DNA from: an uncultured Thermotogae bacterium
GTDB taxonomy: Bacteria > Bipolaricaulota > Bipolaricaulia > M55B111
DNA: 62,965 nucleotides
Direction of reading: 5' to 3'
NCBI GenBank assembly: GCA_964649445.1
Contig: CAZYPS010000004.1
Span: 1 to 62,965 of the forward strand
Part shown: positions 9,464 to 19,997 of the stretch, piece after piece
Numbering within the stretch: position 1 is the first letter of the stretch
Layout: every line of letters begins with the position of its first letter
Notes under the pieces: model-generated
Told to the model about the DNA's origin: nothing
The model's input: the letters and a program-made list of their open reading frames with translations, nothing else
Databases searched by the model: none
Position numbers and translations under genes: made by a program

Positions 9464-9972
9464 TCCTGGAAGGCCTCCTCGAGTTCTTCTACGTCTTTAC
9501 CTCTTTTCCTGGCAACACTTTCAGGTGTCTTCAACCTACTAAAACCCTCAATTACAGCTTTTGCCAGTGTCATTGGGTTGTTTGTTCCCAGCGACTTCGT
9601 CAGCATATTATCCAGTCCAGCCAGGCGACAGATAGTGCCAACGACGTCACCAGCGATTATTCCTGTTCCTCTATGAGCAGGCTTCAGTACGACTTTACCT
9701 GCTTTAAATTCCCCGGTTACTTCGTGAGGAATTGTTCCGTTCACTATCGGCACGTCTATTATATGCTTTTTAGCATCCCTTACGGCCTGGCCGATAGCTT
9801 GAGGAATCTCTCCAGTGTTGCCGGAACCTACACCAACCTTCCCTTCGTAATTTCCGGCAGCAACAAGGACCCTAAACCTGAGATTCCTTCCACCTTTTGT
9901 AACTTTACTTACCCTACTGATGTCAATTACATTGTCATCAAACTCGTCTTCTCGTCTATTATCCCTTGCCAT
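9460..9972 (-). CDS. rpsE: 30S ribosomal protein S5
   Basis: VSKVTKGGRNLRFRVLVAAGN...GTGIIAG matches uS5. Its stop overlaps the rplO start, so there is no room for rpmD. Confidence 0.96.
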   Translation of the reverse strand: MARDNRREDEFDDNVIDISRVSKVTKGGRNLRFRVLVAAGNYEGKVGVGSGNTGEIPQAIGQAVRDAKKHIIDVPIVNGTIPHEVTGEFKAGKVVLKPAHRGTGIIAGDVVGTICRLAGLDNMLTKSLGTNNPMTLAKAVIEGFSRLKTPESVARKRGKDVEELEEAFQE

Positions 9973-9974
9973 AA

Positions 9975-10337
9975 CTAAAACTCAAGTCCCTCCTCTCTCA
10001 TCTCGTCGGCCAGTGCCTTCACCTGACCGTGATAAGGGTATCCTCCCCTATCAAAAACTATTGTTTCGTAACCCTTCTCAAGTAATTCCGAAGCCATCAC
10101 AGAGCCCACTTTCTTTGCAGTTTCGATCGTCGCATTTTTAACCTCTTCCTCAATTTCCGGACTTAAAGACGAGGCGGCAGCAATGGTTTCACTGTGGATA
10201 TCATCTATTGCCTGAGCGTAAATATGTCTATTTGACTTCTTTACAAAAACCCTGGGCTTGTTAGTGGTTCCTCTAATGTTACTCCTGATTCGCTTATGCC
10301 TTATCTTTCTCCTTTTCTCTCTATCAACTTTTGGCAC
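9975..10337 (-). CDS. rplR: 50S ribosomal protein L18
   Basis: RRKIRHKRIR...PRVFVKKSNRHIYAQ...FDRGGYPYHGQVKALAD matches uL18. Confidence 0.96.
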   Translation of the reverse strand: MPKVDREKRRKIRHKRIRSNIRGTTNKPRVFVKKSNRHIYAQAIDDIHSETIAAASSLSPEIEEEVKNATIETAKKVGSVMASELLEKGYETIVFDRGGYPYHGQVKALADEMREEGLEF

Positions 10338-10393
10338 TGAGGTATCCTCCTAAATTCTTATTTGACTATTAGTTTATACAAGAAATTTTCGAG

Positions 10394-10957
10394 TTACCCG
10401 ATTTCCGCCTCTTCTCCACCTGAGAGCTTACCTTCTTTCCGAATAATTTCTTCACCTTTGTACTTAATACCTTTGCCCTTGTAAGGTTCAGGCGGGCGAA
10501 GGCTCTTAATATCAGCAGCTACCTGGCCCACTACCTGCCTTTCCGGTCCCTTTATTGTGACCTGGTCGTTTTCTTCTACCTCAGCTTCTATGTCTTCAGG
10601 CAATGGGTATTCGATCGGATGAGAATATCCCAGTTCAAAGATCAGCTTATCTCCTTGTTTCCTCACCCTGTAGCCGAGACCTTCCAAAACTAGCGTTTTT
10701 TCAAACGGGTTCGCCAATCCTTCAACCATGTTTGCAATCAAACTACGATAGAGTCCGTGCTTTTCTTTGTATTCCTTTTTATCAGCTTTTCGACTCATCA
10801 CCAGTTCGTCATCTTTTATCTCCGCAGTAACAAAATCAGGATCGAATTCCTGTGTTAACTCAAGCCCGCTCTCACCTTTTGCAGTAACCGCCCCGGCTTC
10901 GACTGTCAGCTCGACGCCTTCTGGTATATTTACCGGTGTCTTCCCAATTTTTGACAT
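10394..10957 (-). CDS. rplF: 50S ribosomal protein L6
   Basis: MSKIGKTPVNIPEGV...LEGLGYRV...PEPYKGKGIKYKGE matches uL6. Confidence 0.96.
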   Translation of the reverse strand: MSKIGKTPVNIPEGVELTVEAGAVTAKGESGLELTQEFDPDFVTAEIKDDELVMSRKADKKEYKEKHGLYRSLIANMVEGLANPFEKTLVLEGLGYRVRKQGDKLIFELGYSHPIEYPLPEDIEAEVEENDQVTIKGPERQVVGQVAADIKSLRPPEPYKGKGIKYKGEEIIRKEGKLSGGEEAEIG

Positions 10958-10967
10958 TTAAATCACC

Positions 10968-11366
10968 TCACCAGACCTTGAACAGCAATTCCCCGCCAAC
11001 TTGGTCCTCTCTGGCGTCCCTGTCCGACATTATACCCCGGGACGTACTAAGAACTGCGGTTCCCAGCCCGTCCAGGACCTGAGGAATTTCTTCCTTGGAG
11101 ACGTAAACTCGCCTCGAAGGTTTACTGACTTTCTCCATACCATCTATTACCGGTTCACCTTCATTATAGTTTAAACCTAACTTGAGCTCTTTTTTGTTAC
11201 CCGGTAATTCTTCTACTTCATATTCCGCAATGTATCCCTCTTCAACCAGTACCTCTGCAACTGATTCCTTAAGATTTGAGCTGGGCAAGGTAACATTATC
11301 GTGCCCCATCCGACTGGCATTCTTAATTCTGGCAATCATATCACTTATTGGATCCTGCGTTGTCAT
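10968..11366 (-). CDS. rpsH: 30S ribosomal protein S8
   Basis: MTTQDPISDMIARIKNA... matches uS8. The ATG at 11366 follows GGGAGGAG; the longer ORF to 11411 would overlap rpsN. Confidence 0.95.
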   Translation of the reverse strand: MTTQDPISDMIARIKNASRMGHDNVTLPSSNLKESVAEVLVEEGYIAEYEVEELPGNKKELKLGLNYNEGEPVIDGMEKVSKPSRRVYVSKEEIPQVLDGLGTAVLSTSRGIMSDRDAREDQVGGELLFKVW

Positions 11367-11388
11367 TTTGGCTCCTCCCGGTATTGCT

Positions 11389-11574
11389 TTACCAGCTAGC
11401 TTTTTTAACACCCGGCAACTCTCCCTTGTGGGCTAACTCTCGAAAGCATACTCTACATACACCGAAATCCCTTATGTAGCCCCTGGAACGTCCACAAATA
11501 TTACACCTGTTATAATCCCTGACATCGTATTTTTTATCTTTTTTCGCTTTTTCAATCAACGCTTTTCGAGCCAT
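11389..11574 (-). CDS. rpsN: 30S ribosomal protein S14, type Z (zinc-binding)
   Basis: 61 aa with [10 protein letters not shown]...CRVCFRE. Confidence 0.96.
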   Translation of the reverse strand: MARKALIEKAKKDKKYDVRDYNRCNICGRSRGYIRDFGVCRVCFRELAHKGELPGVKKASW

Positions 11575-11586
11575 AACAACCTCCAG

Positions 11587-12117
11587 TTATTCTCTGAATG
11601 GGGAACCAAGTTCTTTAAGGAGATAATATCCTTCTCTATCGGTTTCAGCACTAGTAACAATAGTTATATCCATCCCCTGCACCTGCCTGACGTCGTCAAA
11701 CGTAACCTCAGGAAAGACCAACTGTTCGTCCATTCCCAAACTGTAGTTTCCACGCCCGTCAAAAGAATCCGGGGAAAGGCCACGAAAATCTCTTATGCTG
11801 GGCAAAGCTACATTATAAAGCTTGTTCAAAAACTCGTACGCTCTCTCGCCCCTCAAAGTTACCTTACACCCCACGGGAACACCTTTCCTGATATCGAAAT
11901 CCGATATCGATTTTCGGGCTCGAGTAATAACGGGTTTTTGACCGGTTATGTTTTTCAAGTTTTCCATAGCGCCGTCGATTATACCCGGGTCCTCGCGCTC
12001 CGAGATTCCCATATTTACCACGACTTTTTCAAGTTCCGGAACTTGCATAGGATTATCGTAACCAAGTTCGTTCACCAATTTGTCCCTTACTTCCTGTTCA
12101 TATTTCTCGTTGAGCAT
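11587..12117 (-). CDS. rplE: 50S ribosomal protein L5
   Basis: uL5 sequence (VVVNMGI...FRGL...FDGRGNYSLG) and operon position. Confidence 0.96.
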   Translation of the reverse strand: MLNEKYEQEVRDKLVNELGYDNPMQVPELEKVVVNMGISEREDPGIIDGAMENLKNITGQKPVITRARKSISDFDIRKGVPVGCKVTLRGERAYEFLNKLYNVALPSIRDFRGLSPDSFDGRGNYSLGMDEQLVFPEVTFDDVRQVQGMDITIVTSAETDREGYYLLKELGSPFRE

Positions 12118-12119
12118 TC

Positions 12120-12431
12120 CTAATCCAGAACCCCCTCACACTTCTTGCATACCCGCACTTTTTCACCTGCAACCTCGTCGAACCCAACTCGAGTTGGCTC
12201 GTCACAGGACGGACACACGGGCATTACGTTTGAAATATCTATCGGTTCCTCTCGTTCAATTATCCCCGGTTCCTTCTGTTGCTGAGTCCTTCCTTGATGT
12301 TTCAACCGAAAGTTTACGTTTTCTACAACTACTCGATTGTTCTTGGGGTCAACACTCAATACCTCTCCCACTTTTCCTTTATCATTACCGGCAATTACTT
12401 TTACCCTGTCACCTTTCTGAACTTTCCTCAT
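12120..12431 (-). CDS. rplX: 50S ribosomal protein L24
   Basis: KOW motif KGDRVKVIAGNDKGKVGEV. The C-terminal part carries CPSC...CKKC cysteines. Confidence 0.95.
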   Translation of the reverse strand: MRKVQKGDRVKVIAGNDKGKVGEVLSVDPKNNRVVVENVNFRLKHQGRTQQQKEPGIIEREEPIDISNVMPVCPSCDEPTRVGFDEVAGEKVRVCKKCEGVLD

Positions 12432-12440
12432 GATTACCTC

Positions 12441-12809
12441 CTATAGAACCTCGGGCGCCAAGGATATTATTCGAAGCATGTTCCCTTCCCTTAGTTCCCT
12501 CGTTACCGGTCCAAAAATCCTCGTGCCAACAGGTTCCATCCTGTCATCAACCAGGACTGCAGCGTTATCGTCAAACCTGATGTAGGAACCATCATCTCTA
12601 CGGTAATTTCCCGCAGTTCTTACAATAACCGCACGGACGATTTCTCCCTTGTCAAGATCGCTATCAGGTATCCGTTTCTTGACGGAAGCGGTAATCAAAT
12701 CACCTATTTTCCCCTGGTTTTTATTGGATTGGCCAAGAACGTTGATACACCTCAAACTTTTTGCACCTGAGTTATCAGCCACTTTTAATTCCGTTTCTTG
12801 GTGAATCAC
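12441..12809 (-). CDS. rplN: 50S ribosomal protein L14
   Basis: [17 protein letters not shown]...[10 protein letters not shown] matches uL14. Confidence 0.97.
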   Translation of the reverse strand: MIHQETELKVADNSGAKSLRCINVLGQSNKNQGKIGDLITASVKKRIPDSDLDKGEIVRAVIVRTAGNYRRDDGSYIRFDDNAAVLVDDRMEPVGTRIFGPVTRELREGNMLRIISLAPEVL

Positions 12810-13057
12810 GTTTCCCCTCCCGGCCTTTCCAGAACTTCCTTTAATTTCCAGCGTTTCTTCTTACTTATGGGTCTAGTTTCTGAAATCAGCACCCGGTCCC
12901 CTTCCTGAGCTTCCTCTTCTTCGTCGTGTGCGTAGAACTTCGACCGCTGTTTGAGGTACTTCTTATACCGCGGGTGTTGTTTCTGAGAGTCCACGGCTAC
13001 CGTAATTGTCTTGTCCATCGCGGTACTGACTACCCTTCCCCTCTTTGTCTTTTTCAT
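12806..13057 (-). CDS. rpsQ: 30S ribosomal protein S17
   Basis: [16 protein letters not shown]...HPRYKKY...YAHDE matches uS17. Confidence 0.96.
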   Translation of the reverse strand: MKKTKRGRVVSTAMDKTITVAVDSQKQHPRYKKYLKQRSKFYAHDEEEEAQEGDRVLISETRPISKKKRWKLKEVLERPGGET

Positions 13058-13254
13058 TTCACTTCTCCCCCCTCACTTTCCCTTTGAATTGTCTTCGCTC
13101 GGGCGATATCCTTCTTTGTTTTCTTTATTTCAGCAGTATTGTCCAGTTCTCCAGTTGCTTTTTGAAACCTCAAATTAAATAGCTTTTCCTTCAACTCAGC
13201 GACCTTTTCTTCGAGCTCTTCGGAGGTCATCTCCCTTAGTTCCCCGGGCCTCAT
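13054..13254 (-). CDS. rpmC: 50S ribosomal protein L29
   Basis: ELREMTSEELEEKVAELKEKLFNLRFQ matches uL29. Confidence 0.95.
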   Translation of the reverse strand: MRPGELREMTSEELEEKVAELKEKLFNLRFQKATGELDNTAEIKKTKKDIARAKTIQRESEGGEVK

Positions 13255-13679
13255 TTTTCTCCTCCTAACTTTAACCTTTCCTTCAATCTCGTCTTAAGCG
13301 GCAATTTATAGGAAACCAACTGGTGTAATCGTTTGGCCTTTTCCATGTCTACGCCTGAAAACTCGAAGATTAGCCTTCCTGGCCTGATGACTGCTACCCA
13401 TTCAGCCGGTTCACCTTTTCCCTTACCCATACGGGTTTCCGCAGGAGTCTTAGTTATTGGTTTGTCGGGGAAAACCCTTACCCAGATCTTGGAGTCCCGC
13501 TGGGTCTCATGAGCAAGAGTCATTCTTGCCGTTTCTATCTGCTTGCTGGTCAACCAGCCAGGGTCCAATGCCTGAATCCCGTATTCCCCGAAAGAGACCT
13601 TGTTGCCCCTGCTGGCCTTTCCTTTTGTTCGGCCACGTTGATGTTTTCGATGTTTCGTATCAGCTGGATATAATGCCAT
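13251..13679 (-). CDS. rplP: 50S ribosomal protein L16
   Basis: KHRKHQRGR...FGEYGIQAL...RMGKGKG matches uL16. Confidence 0.96.
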   Translation of the reverse strand: MALYPADTKHRKHQRGRTKGKASRGNKVSFGEYGIQALDPGWLTSKQIETARMTLAHETQRDSKIWVRVFPDKPITKTPAETRMGKGKGEPAEWVAVIRPGRLIFEFSGVDMEKAKRLHQLVSYKLPLKTRLKERLKLGGEK

Positions 13680-13695
13680 TTGTTACCATCCTCAA

Positions 13696-14352
13696 TTAAA
13701 GACTAAGTCCTTCGGGTACACCTTCGGGCAATAATTCCTCTCGGAACACCCATGCCTTGACTCCAATCGGTCCGTATTTCGTTCTTGCTTCGATAAATCC
13801 GTAATCAATATCAGCTCTTATAGTCTGTAGAGGTATCCTCCCTTCATCCTGAGAAACTGACCTGGCAAGGTTAGCCCCACCAATTCTCCCGGAGCACTTG
13901 ACCTTTACCCCCTTAGCTCCCTTATCCATCGACCGAGATATTACTTCTTTCATTGCCCGACTTGGCGGTATTCTGTTCTCGATTTGAAATGCTACTTCCT
14001 GAGCGATTAGCTGCGCCTGAAGGTGAGGATCATTAGCTTCTTTAACGGATATATTCACGTTCCTGCCAGTTTTGTCACTTAATTCCTCTTGGAACTTATT
14101 TATCTCGTTTCCGCCTTTACCAATTATGATCCCCGGACGTGCCGAGACAATTATCATTGATATGCGATCGTCCCTTGGTCTCTCTATACTGACTTCGGCT
14201 ATTCCCGCACCTCGATAACGTTCCTCAATCAACTCACGAATTTCGTGATCTTCGGCAACGTATTCGGGGGCTTTTTCGTCGCTATACCAATTGGATTGCC
14301 ATTTCTTATTGACGCCAATGCGAAAACCGACCGGGTTTACTTTCTGTCCCAT
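13696..14352 (-). CDS. rpsC: 30S ribosomal protein S3
   Basis: MGQKVNPVGFRIGV...KH domain...GRIGGA matches uS3. Confidence 0.97.
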   Translation of the reverse strand: MGQKVNPVGFRIGVNKKWQSNWYSDEKAPEYVAEDHEIRELIEERYRGAGIAEVSIERPRDDRISMIIVSARPGIIIGKGGNEINKFQEELSDKTGRNVNISVKEANDPHLQAQLIAQEVAFQIENRIPPSRAMKEVISRSMDKGAKGVKVKCSGRIGGANLARSVSQDEGRIPLQTIRADIDYGFIEARTKYGPIGVKAWVFREELLPEGVPEGLSL

Positions 14353-14690
14353 TATTCTTCCTCCACTAGTATAACTGTAATATGGCTTTGTCTACGTTGC
14401 ATTAAATCGGCTCTACCTTGAGCCCTTGGCTTCATCCGTTTCATAGTCTGCCCTTCATCAACCGCGGCTTCCTTAACCTTCAGATTATCCACTGCCATAT
14501 CATGGTTGTGTTGAGCATTTGCAATAGCTGATTCTAAGGTATCTTTAAGAAACCGGGCGGCTTTCTTCTTGGAAAACTTCACCGTTTTCAAAGCTTCATC
14601 AACCGATTCGCCCCGTACGGCGTCAGCAACTGGCCGTGCTTTCTTCGGGGATATTCTAACGTTTTTTGTTATGGCTTTAGCTTCTTTCAT
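14352..14690 (-). CDS. rplV: 50S ribosomal protein L22
   Basis: uL22 sequence (RISPKKARPVADAVRG...) and operon position. Confidence 0.96.
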   Translation of the reverse strand: MKEAKAITKNVRISPKKARPVADAVRGESVDEALKTVKFSKKKAARFLKDTLESAIANAQHNHDMAVDNLKVKEAAVDEGQTMKRMKPRAQGRADLMQRRQSHITVILVEEE

Positions 14691-14691
14691 A

Positions 14692-14979
14692 CTAACCTAC
14701 CGGAGTAATTGGCTCTTTCTTCTTGATGCCACCATGTTCTCTGAACGTCCTGGTCCGGGCAAACTCACCCAACTTGTGGCCAACCATATTCTCCGAAATC
14801 TCTACCGGAACATGGTCCTTCCCGTTGTGTACCTTTATCGTCAAACCAACCATTTTTGGCAATATCGTAGAATCCCTCGACCAGGTCTTTATTTCTTCTA
14901 TCTCGCCGTTCTTTGCTTTATCAACCTTCTCGTCCAAACTATCTTTTACGTATGGCCCTTTCTTAACTGACCTTGGCAT
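14692..14979 (-). CDS. rpsS: 30S ribosomal protein S19
   Basis: [11 protein letters not shown]...HNGK...VGHKLGEFA matches uS19. Confidence 0.97.
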   Translation of the reverse strand: MPRSVKKGPYVKDSLDEKVDKAKNGEIEEIKTWSRDSTILPKMVGLTIKVHNGKDHVPVEISENMVGHKLGEFARTRTFREHGGIKKKEPITPVG

Positions 14980-14985
14980 GAATGA

Positions 14986-15822
14986 CTACCCCCTCTTCTT
15001 CTTCGTCCTTCGTCTAATTATCTTTTCGTCGCTTCCCTTTGACTTTCTAGTCTTGCCACCTTTTGCAGGTACACCTGTAGGTGAGACCGGAGGCCTGCCT
15101 ACGTAAGCTCTACCTTCTCCTCCTCCATGAGGATGATCGACGGCATTTTTGGCAACGCCCCTAACTTTTGGCTTTCTCCCCAGGTGTCTCTTACGACCTG
15201 CTTTTCCACTCTTGACATTTTTATGGCTTGGATTACTTACCTGACCAACGGTGGCTTTACACTCGGGATCAAATGACCTGATTTCACCGGAGGGCAACTT
15301 CACATCGATGTCCTCGGGATCTTTAGCAACTATCCTTGCATCCACTCCTGCCGAGCGAGCTATCCTACCTCCACTACCCGGAGAAAATTCCAGATTGTGG
15401 ATAGGCTTACCGGCCGGAATTTTCTTAAGAGGTAAAGCATTTCCAGGCCTAACCTCGGCTTCTTCTCCTGCCTCTACTACATCCCCCACTTTAAGTTTCA
15501 ACGGGGAGATTATGTAGCGCCTTTCTCCGTCCGAATAAAGTAATAGTGTAATCCAAGCAGACCTGTTCGGGTCGTACTCGGTACTCATTACTCTGCCTTT
15601 TATCCCTTCTTTGTCCCGCTGGAAATCTATCTTCCTGTACTTTCTCTTATGTCCTCCGCCGCGACCACGAACCGTTTCCTTTCCCTGATTATTCCTACCA
15701 CCAGTTTTCTTCAGCGGTTCCAATAAGGATTCCTCGGGCTCGTCTGTCGTCAACTCTTCAAAATTCGTCAATTCAGCATGTCGTCTCGAGGGCGTTACGG
15801 GTTTAAACCTTTTTATTCCCAT
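14986..15822 (-). CDS. rplB: 50S ribosomal protein L2
   Basis: GGRNNQGKETVRGRGGGHKR...HPHGGGEGR matches uL2. Confidence 0.97.
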   Translation of the reverse strand: MGIKRFKPVTPSRRHAELTNFEELTTDEPEESLLEPLKKTGGRNNQGKETVRGRGGGHKRKYRKIDFQRDKEGIKGRVMSTEYDPNRSAWITLLLYSDGERRYIISPLKLKVGDVVEAGEEAEVRPGNALPLKKIPAGKPIHNLEFSPGSGGRIARSAGVDARIVAKDPEDIDVKLPSGEIRSFDPECKATVGQVSNPSHKNVKSGKAGRKRHLGRKPKVRGVAKNAVDHPHGGGEGRAYVGRPPVSPTGVPAKGGKTRKSKGSDEKIIRRRTKKKRG

Positions 15823-15836
15823 GTTTTCACCTTAAC

Positions 15837-16130
15837 CTATCCGAATATGTCAATCCTGTCCCCTTCGGCCAGCCTTACATAGGCCTTTTTCCAGCCACTC
15901 GTCTTACCTTTTTCCTGGTTAAGCTGCTCTCTTTTTGGCTTTCCTCGGAGGTTCATTGTATTTACGTCGTTAACTTCCACATCAAACAATTCCTCAACTG
16001 CCTCGCGTATCATTATTTTATTCGCGTCTGGATGAACTCTGAAGACGTACTTATTACTTTCCTCCTGGAGTCGCCACGAGTTCTCTGTCACTACCGGTTC
16101 TACAACGACATCCTCCGTGCTTAATTCCAT
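15837..16130 (-). CDS. rplW: 50S ribosomal protein L23
   Basis: uL23 sequence (YVFRVHPDANKIMIREAVEELFDVEV) and operon position. Confidence 0.95.
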   Translation of the reverse strand: MELSTEDVVVEPVVTENSWRLQEESNKYVFRVHPDANKIMIREAVEELFDVEVNDVNTMNLRGKPKREQLNQEKGKTSGWKKAYVRLAEGDRIDIFG

Positions 16131-16787
16131 TTATACCTCCTGCGTCTCCAGTTCTTTATCTAATAAGACTTCGCTTAACTCCTCGGCGGTCTTCCTCGTT
16201 AACAAAATTCCCTCATGATTTAAAATTTCGTATGCATTAATCTGGGAAGTTGAGATGCATTTAGCAGTTGGAATATTGCTAAAGGACTTTTGAACTTTCC
16301 AACTATCTTCTTCCTGAGGCAAAATTATAAGAGTATCCTTGGGCAAATCAAGAGCTTCCAACAACGAGAGAGCTTTCTTGGTTTTCGGCTTTTCGAACTT
16401 TAGCTCCTCAACTACCACCAAATTGTTCTCGGAGTATCTCGTTGAAAGGGCACTTCGGATAGCCTTGTGTCTCATTTTCTTGGGGAGATCCATTCCGTAG
16501 TCTTTTGGTTTGGGACCAAATATTACCCCTCCACCACTCCACAAAGGAGAGGCTCTGGAACCGTGTCTGGCTCTACCCGTACCTTTTTGACGCCACGGCT
16601 TTCTATTAGAACCTTTGACTTCTGACCTATCCTTTGTGCTTGCAGTTCCAGCTCTACCGTTCTCTCTGTAAGCTTTTACCGCTCGATAAAGTAGGTCGTT
16701 GTGAAATTCGATCCCCAGTAAGTCTTCCGATACCTCTAACTCTTTGCTCAGGTTGCCTTCTTCGTCTTTGACGTCTAGCTTAATCAT
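16131..16787 (-). CDS. rplD: 50S ribosomal protein L4
   Basis: KGSNRKPWRQKGTGRARHGS...WSGGGVIFGP matches uL4. Confidence 0.96.
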   Translation of the reverse strand: MIKLDVKDEEGNLSKELEVSEDLLGIEFHNDLLYRAVKAYRENGRAGTASTKDRSEVKGSNRKPWRQKGTGRARHGSRASPLWSGGGVIFGPKPKDYGMDLPKKMRHKAIRSALSTRYSENNLVVVEELKFEKPKTKKALSLLEALDLPKDTLIILPQEEDSWKVQKSFSNIPTAKCISTSQINAYEILNHEGILLTRKTAEELSEVLLDKELETQEV

Positions 16788-17403
16788 TGCTACCCCTGAT
16801 CTGAATTAAATTGTCTCTCGGTCCCGGAACCGAACCTTTTAGAACCAAAAGATCATCACCAGGATCGGTCTTTAGTACTTCCAGGTTTTGAATCGTAACA
16901 GTCTCGTTGCCCGTCCTTCCCGGCAACTTTTGTCCTTTAAGTACTCTTCCGGGCTCAACACACATACCAATAGAACCGGGCTTTCTGTGAAAACGCGAGC
17001 CATGGGTATCGGGTCCACCCGAAAAATTCCAGCGCTTTACAACTCCCTGAAACCCTTTTCCTTTAGAGTTACCGGTTACGTCAACGGTTTCACCTTTTTC
17101 AAATTGCTCCACAGACACCTCGTCACCCGACTCGTAGTCCTCAGGATTTTCAACTCGATATTCCACCAAGTACTTTTTCGGCTGGACATTGTACTTGTCG
17201 AAATGACCCTTCATTGGCTTGGTTAACTTTTCCTTTTCAGTATCCTTGTAACCTAACTGAACGCTTTTGTAGCCATCATTCTCGAGGGTTTTTACCTGCA
17301 CAACCACCGCGGGTTCGGACTTTATTACCGTAGCACCCACAGAAGCACCTGTTTCCGTAAAGTACTGAGTCATTCCTACTTTTTCCCCTAACGTCCCTAA
17401 CAT
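16780..17403 (-). CDS. rplC: 50S ribosomal protein L3
   Basis: GKGFQGVVKRWNFSGGPDTHGS matches uL3. Confidence 0.96.
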   Translation of the reverse strand: MLGTLGEKVGMTQYFTETGASVGATVIKSEPAVVVQVKTLENDGYKSVQLGYKDTEKEKLTKPMKGHFDKYNVQPKKYLVEYRVENPEDYESGDEVSVEQFEKGETVDVTGNSKGKGFQGVVKRWNFSGGPDTHGSRFHRKPGSIGMCVEPGRVLKGQKLPGRTGNETVTIQNLEVLKTDPGDDLLVLKGSVPGPRDNLIQIRGSND

Positions 17404-17442
17404 TTTGTGAACCTCCCAGTTAGTCTAATCAAAATTTAACTT

Positions 17443-17751
17443 TTACAGTTTGATCTCGACGTCGATGCCGGTCGGTAGTTCTATATCCATTAATGCATTT
17501 ATCGTCTCCGAGGTCGGTTCCTGTATATCGATTAATCGGTTATGAATCCGCCGCTCAAAGTGCTCCATAGATGTCTTGTTCACATGAGGTGATCGAAGAA
17601 CAGTATACAGTTTTCTCTCGGTTGGAAGCGGCACCGGACCAGAAATCTTCGCCCTGGTTTCCTCCGCAGTCGCCACTATCTTCTCAACTGACTTGTCAAC
17701 CAACTCGTGGTCGTATCCTTTTAACTTTATTCTTATTTTTTCTCTTGCCAT
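17443..17751 (-). CDS. rpsJ: 30S ribosomal protein S10
   Basis: [15 protein letters not shown]...SGPVPLPT matches uS10. It begins 2 nt after the fusA stop. Confidence 0.97.
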   Translation of the reverse strand: MAREKIRIKLKGYDHELVDKSVEKIVATAEETRAKISGPVPLPTERKLYTVLRSPHVNKTSMEHFERRIHNRLIDIQEPTSETINALMDIELPTGIDVEIKL

Positions 17752-17753
17752 TT

Positions 17754-19883
17754 TTAATAACCTCGTTTATTTAAGATTTCCTCCTTTACTTTCCCCGGTA
17801 CTTCTTGGTAATGAGAAAAACTTAATGAATAAGTACCCCGACCTCTCGTAATCGAACGAAGTCTCGTAGCGTAACCAAACGACTCAGCAAGTGGTAGCTT
17901 GAACTCAACCAGTTGAATTCCTTCACGGCTCTCTATTCCAGTCACTTCCCCTCGACGTTTGGAAATATCCTCCATCACGTCACCTACATGATCTCCGGGC
18001 ACGAATACCTCTCCCTCCATTATCGGTTCAAGCAATATTGAATTTCCCTTGAGGGCTCGGGTAGTTGCCCGCGAGCCTGCTGCTTTGAAGGCCATATCGG
18101 AAGAATCCACGGGGTGATGGGCGCCGTCGTAAAGAGTGGCTTTTACATCAGTTACTGAATAACCAGCTAACTGTCCATTTCCGAGTGACTCTTCAATACC
18201 GTCCTTAACGGATTTAATGTATTCCTTTGGAACCCTTCCCTCTTTAACCTCGTTTTCGAATTCGACGCCGGCACCTCTCTTGAGCGGTTCGAAGTGAACC
18301 TTGACCCGGGCGTACTGTCCCCTTCCACCGGACTGTTTGGCAAATTCTTCGTCGATATCGGAATCCGTCCGAAGTGTCTCTCTATACGTAACGTTGGGCT
18401 TTCCTACGAGCGCTTCCACATTGAATTCCTCTTTAAGCCTTCTCGTTAGAATCTCCAGGTGTAGTTCACCCATGCCTGAAATTATCGTCTGATTGGTATC
18501 CGGATCGTTCTCAACCTTAAAAGTCGGATCCTCCTTGGCAAGTTTCTGGATGGCTTCGTTCAGCCGGCTTTCATCAGCCTCTTTCCGGGGCTCTATAGAT
18601 ACGGAGATAACCGGCTCGGGAAAGTCAATTCGCTGAAGAACTATAGGATCATCTTTACTGCAAAGAGTTTCACCGGTTGAAGTGTGATCAGGACCGACCA
18701 CAGCTACAATATCCCCAGCTTTGGCTTTTTCCACTCTTTCCCGACGGTTCGCATGCATGTGAAACATCCGAGATACCCTTTCCGAGTTTTCCGAGTTCGG
18801 GTTATATACGTTATCTCCTTCCTCAAGAGTTCCGGAGTAGATTCTCAAATAAATAAGGGTTCCGGTATACTGATCCGTTGTAACCTTGAATGCCAGACTT
18901 GCAAGCGGTTCTTCCGGGGAAGGATATCTTTTAAGCTTCTCGCCGTCTTCATCTCCATTTACTCTGTAGCCTTCAACCGCAGGTACGTCGTTCGGGCTAG
19001 GCAGATAATCGACGACAGCATCCAGAACGGGCTGGATTCCTACGTTTTTCAGAGCCGAACCACCAAGAACTGGCACACACGAACCTACTATAGTGGCCCT
19101 CCTTATAGCACGGACGAGCAGATCCCTGGGAATTTCTTCCTCTTCAAGGTACTTCATCATAAGCTCGTCGTCGTACTCGGCGGCCTTCTCAATAAGATCT
19201 TCTCTCCAACTTTCAGCTTTACCCTTAACATTGTCCGGAATCGGATTTCGTTCGTATTCCGCCCCTTTAGTCTCTTGATCCCAGGTCATCAATGACGGAT
19301 TTATAAGATCAACCATTCCAACCAACTCGTCCGACTCGTCCCTATAAGCTAATTGGAGCGGCAGGGTGGTTACCCCTAACCGCTCTTCAATCATTTCTAT
19401 CGTCTTGTCGTACCGAGATTCTGTCCTATCAAGCTTATTAACAAAGGCAATCCTCGGCACGTTATACCTATCCGCCTGGCGCCAGACCTTCTCGGACTGG
19501 GATTCGACCATTTCCACACCGGAGAAAAGTGCCACCGCTCCATCCAGGACTCGGAGCGATCTTTCTACTTCAGCAGTAAAATCCACGTGCCCAGGTGTGT
19601 CAATTATGTTAATCTGATGGTCCTGCCAGAAACAGGTCGTAGCGGCAGAGGTAATCGTTATCCCTCGTTCTTTTTCCTGATCCATCCAGTCCATCTCGGC
19701 GTCCCCGTCGTGGACTTCTCCGATCTTATATGTCCGACCGGAGTAATAAAGCATTCTTTCCGTTGCCGTAGTCTTCCCTGCATCGATATGCGCCATGATA
19801 CCGATGTTCCGCATCTCCTCAAGATCCTCGTCACGAATTTCTTCGTCCACGAGCTCGTCTGATTTCTGCTTCGTTTTTATCAT
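17754..19883 (-). CDS. fusA: Elongation factor G
   Basis: 709 aa. G1 [21 protein letters not shown] and the full EF-G domains II-V. Confidence 0.97.
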   Translation of the reverse strand: MIKTKQKSDELVDEEIRDEDLEEMRNIGIMAHIDAGKTTATERMLYYSGRTYKIGEVHDGDAEMDWMDQEKERGITITSAATTCFWQDHQINIIDTPGHVDFTAEVERSLRVLDGAVALFSGVEMVESQSEKVWRQADRYNVPRIAFVNKLDRTESRYDKTIEMIEERLGVTTLPLQLAYRDESDELVGMVDLINPSLMTWDQETKGAEYERNPIPDNVKGKAESWREDLIEKAAEYDDELMMKYLEEEEIPRDLLVRAIRRATIVGSCVPVLGGSALKNVGIQPVLDAVVDYLPSPNDVPAVEGYRVNGDEDGEKLKRYPSPEEPLASLAFKVTTDQYTGTLIYLRIYSGTLEEGDNVYNPNSENSERVSRMFHMHANRRERVEKAKAGDIVAVVGPDHTSTGETLCSKDDPIVLQRIDFPEPVISVSIEPRKEADESRLNEAIQKLAKEDPTFKVENDPDTNQTIISGMGELHLEILTRRLKEEFNVEALVGKPNVTYRETLRTDSDIDEEFAKQSGGRGQYARVKVHFEPLKRGAGVEFENEVKEGRVPKEYIKSVKDGIEESLGNGQLAGYSVTDVKATLYDGAHHPVDSSDMAFKAAGSRATTRALKGNSILLEPIMEGEVFVPGDHVGDVMEDISKRRGEVTGIESREGIQLVEFKLPLAESFGYATRLRSITRGRGTYSLSFSHYQEVPGKVKEEILNKRGY

Positions 19884-19919
19884 AATTTTAATTCCCTATA
19901 AATTCCTAGAAGTACCTAA

Positions 19920-19956
19920 AATACACAAAACCCTTTCTCAATTAGATAGAAAGGAC
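19920..19956 (-). terminator. Possible weak intrinsic terminator or attenuator between rpsG and fusA
   Basis: The minus-strand RNA reads CCUUUCU-aucuaauug-AGAAAGG followed by GUUUUGUGUAUUUU. The stem is only 7 bp with 3 GC pairs. Confidence 0.35.
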
Positions 19957-19997
19957 TTTATGGAGATAAACCGGACTAATTTCGAATCGCCGAAGAA

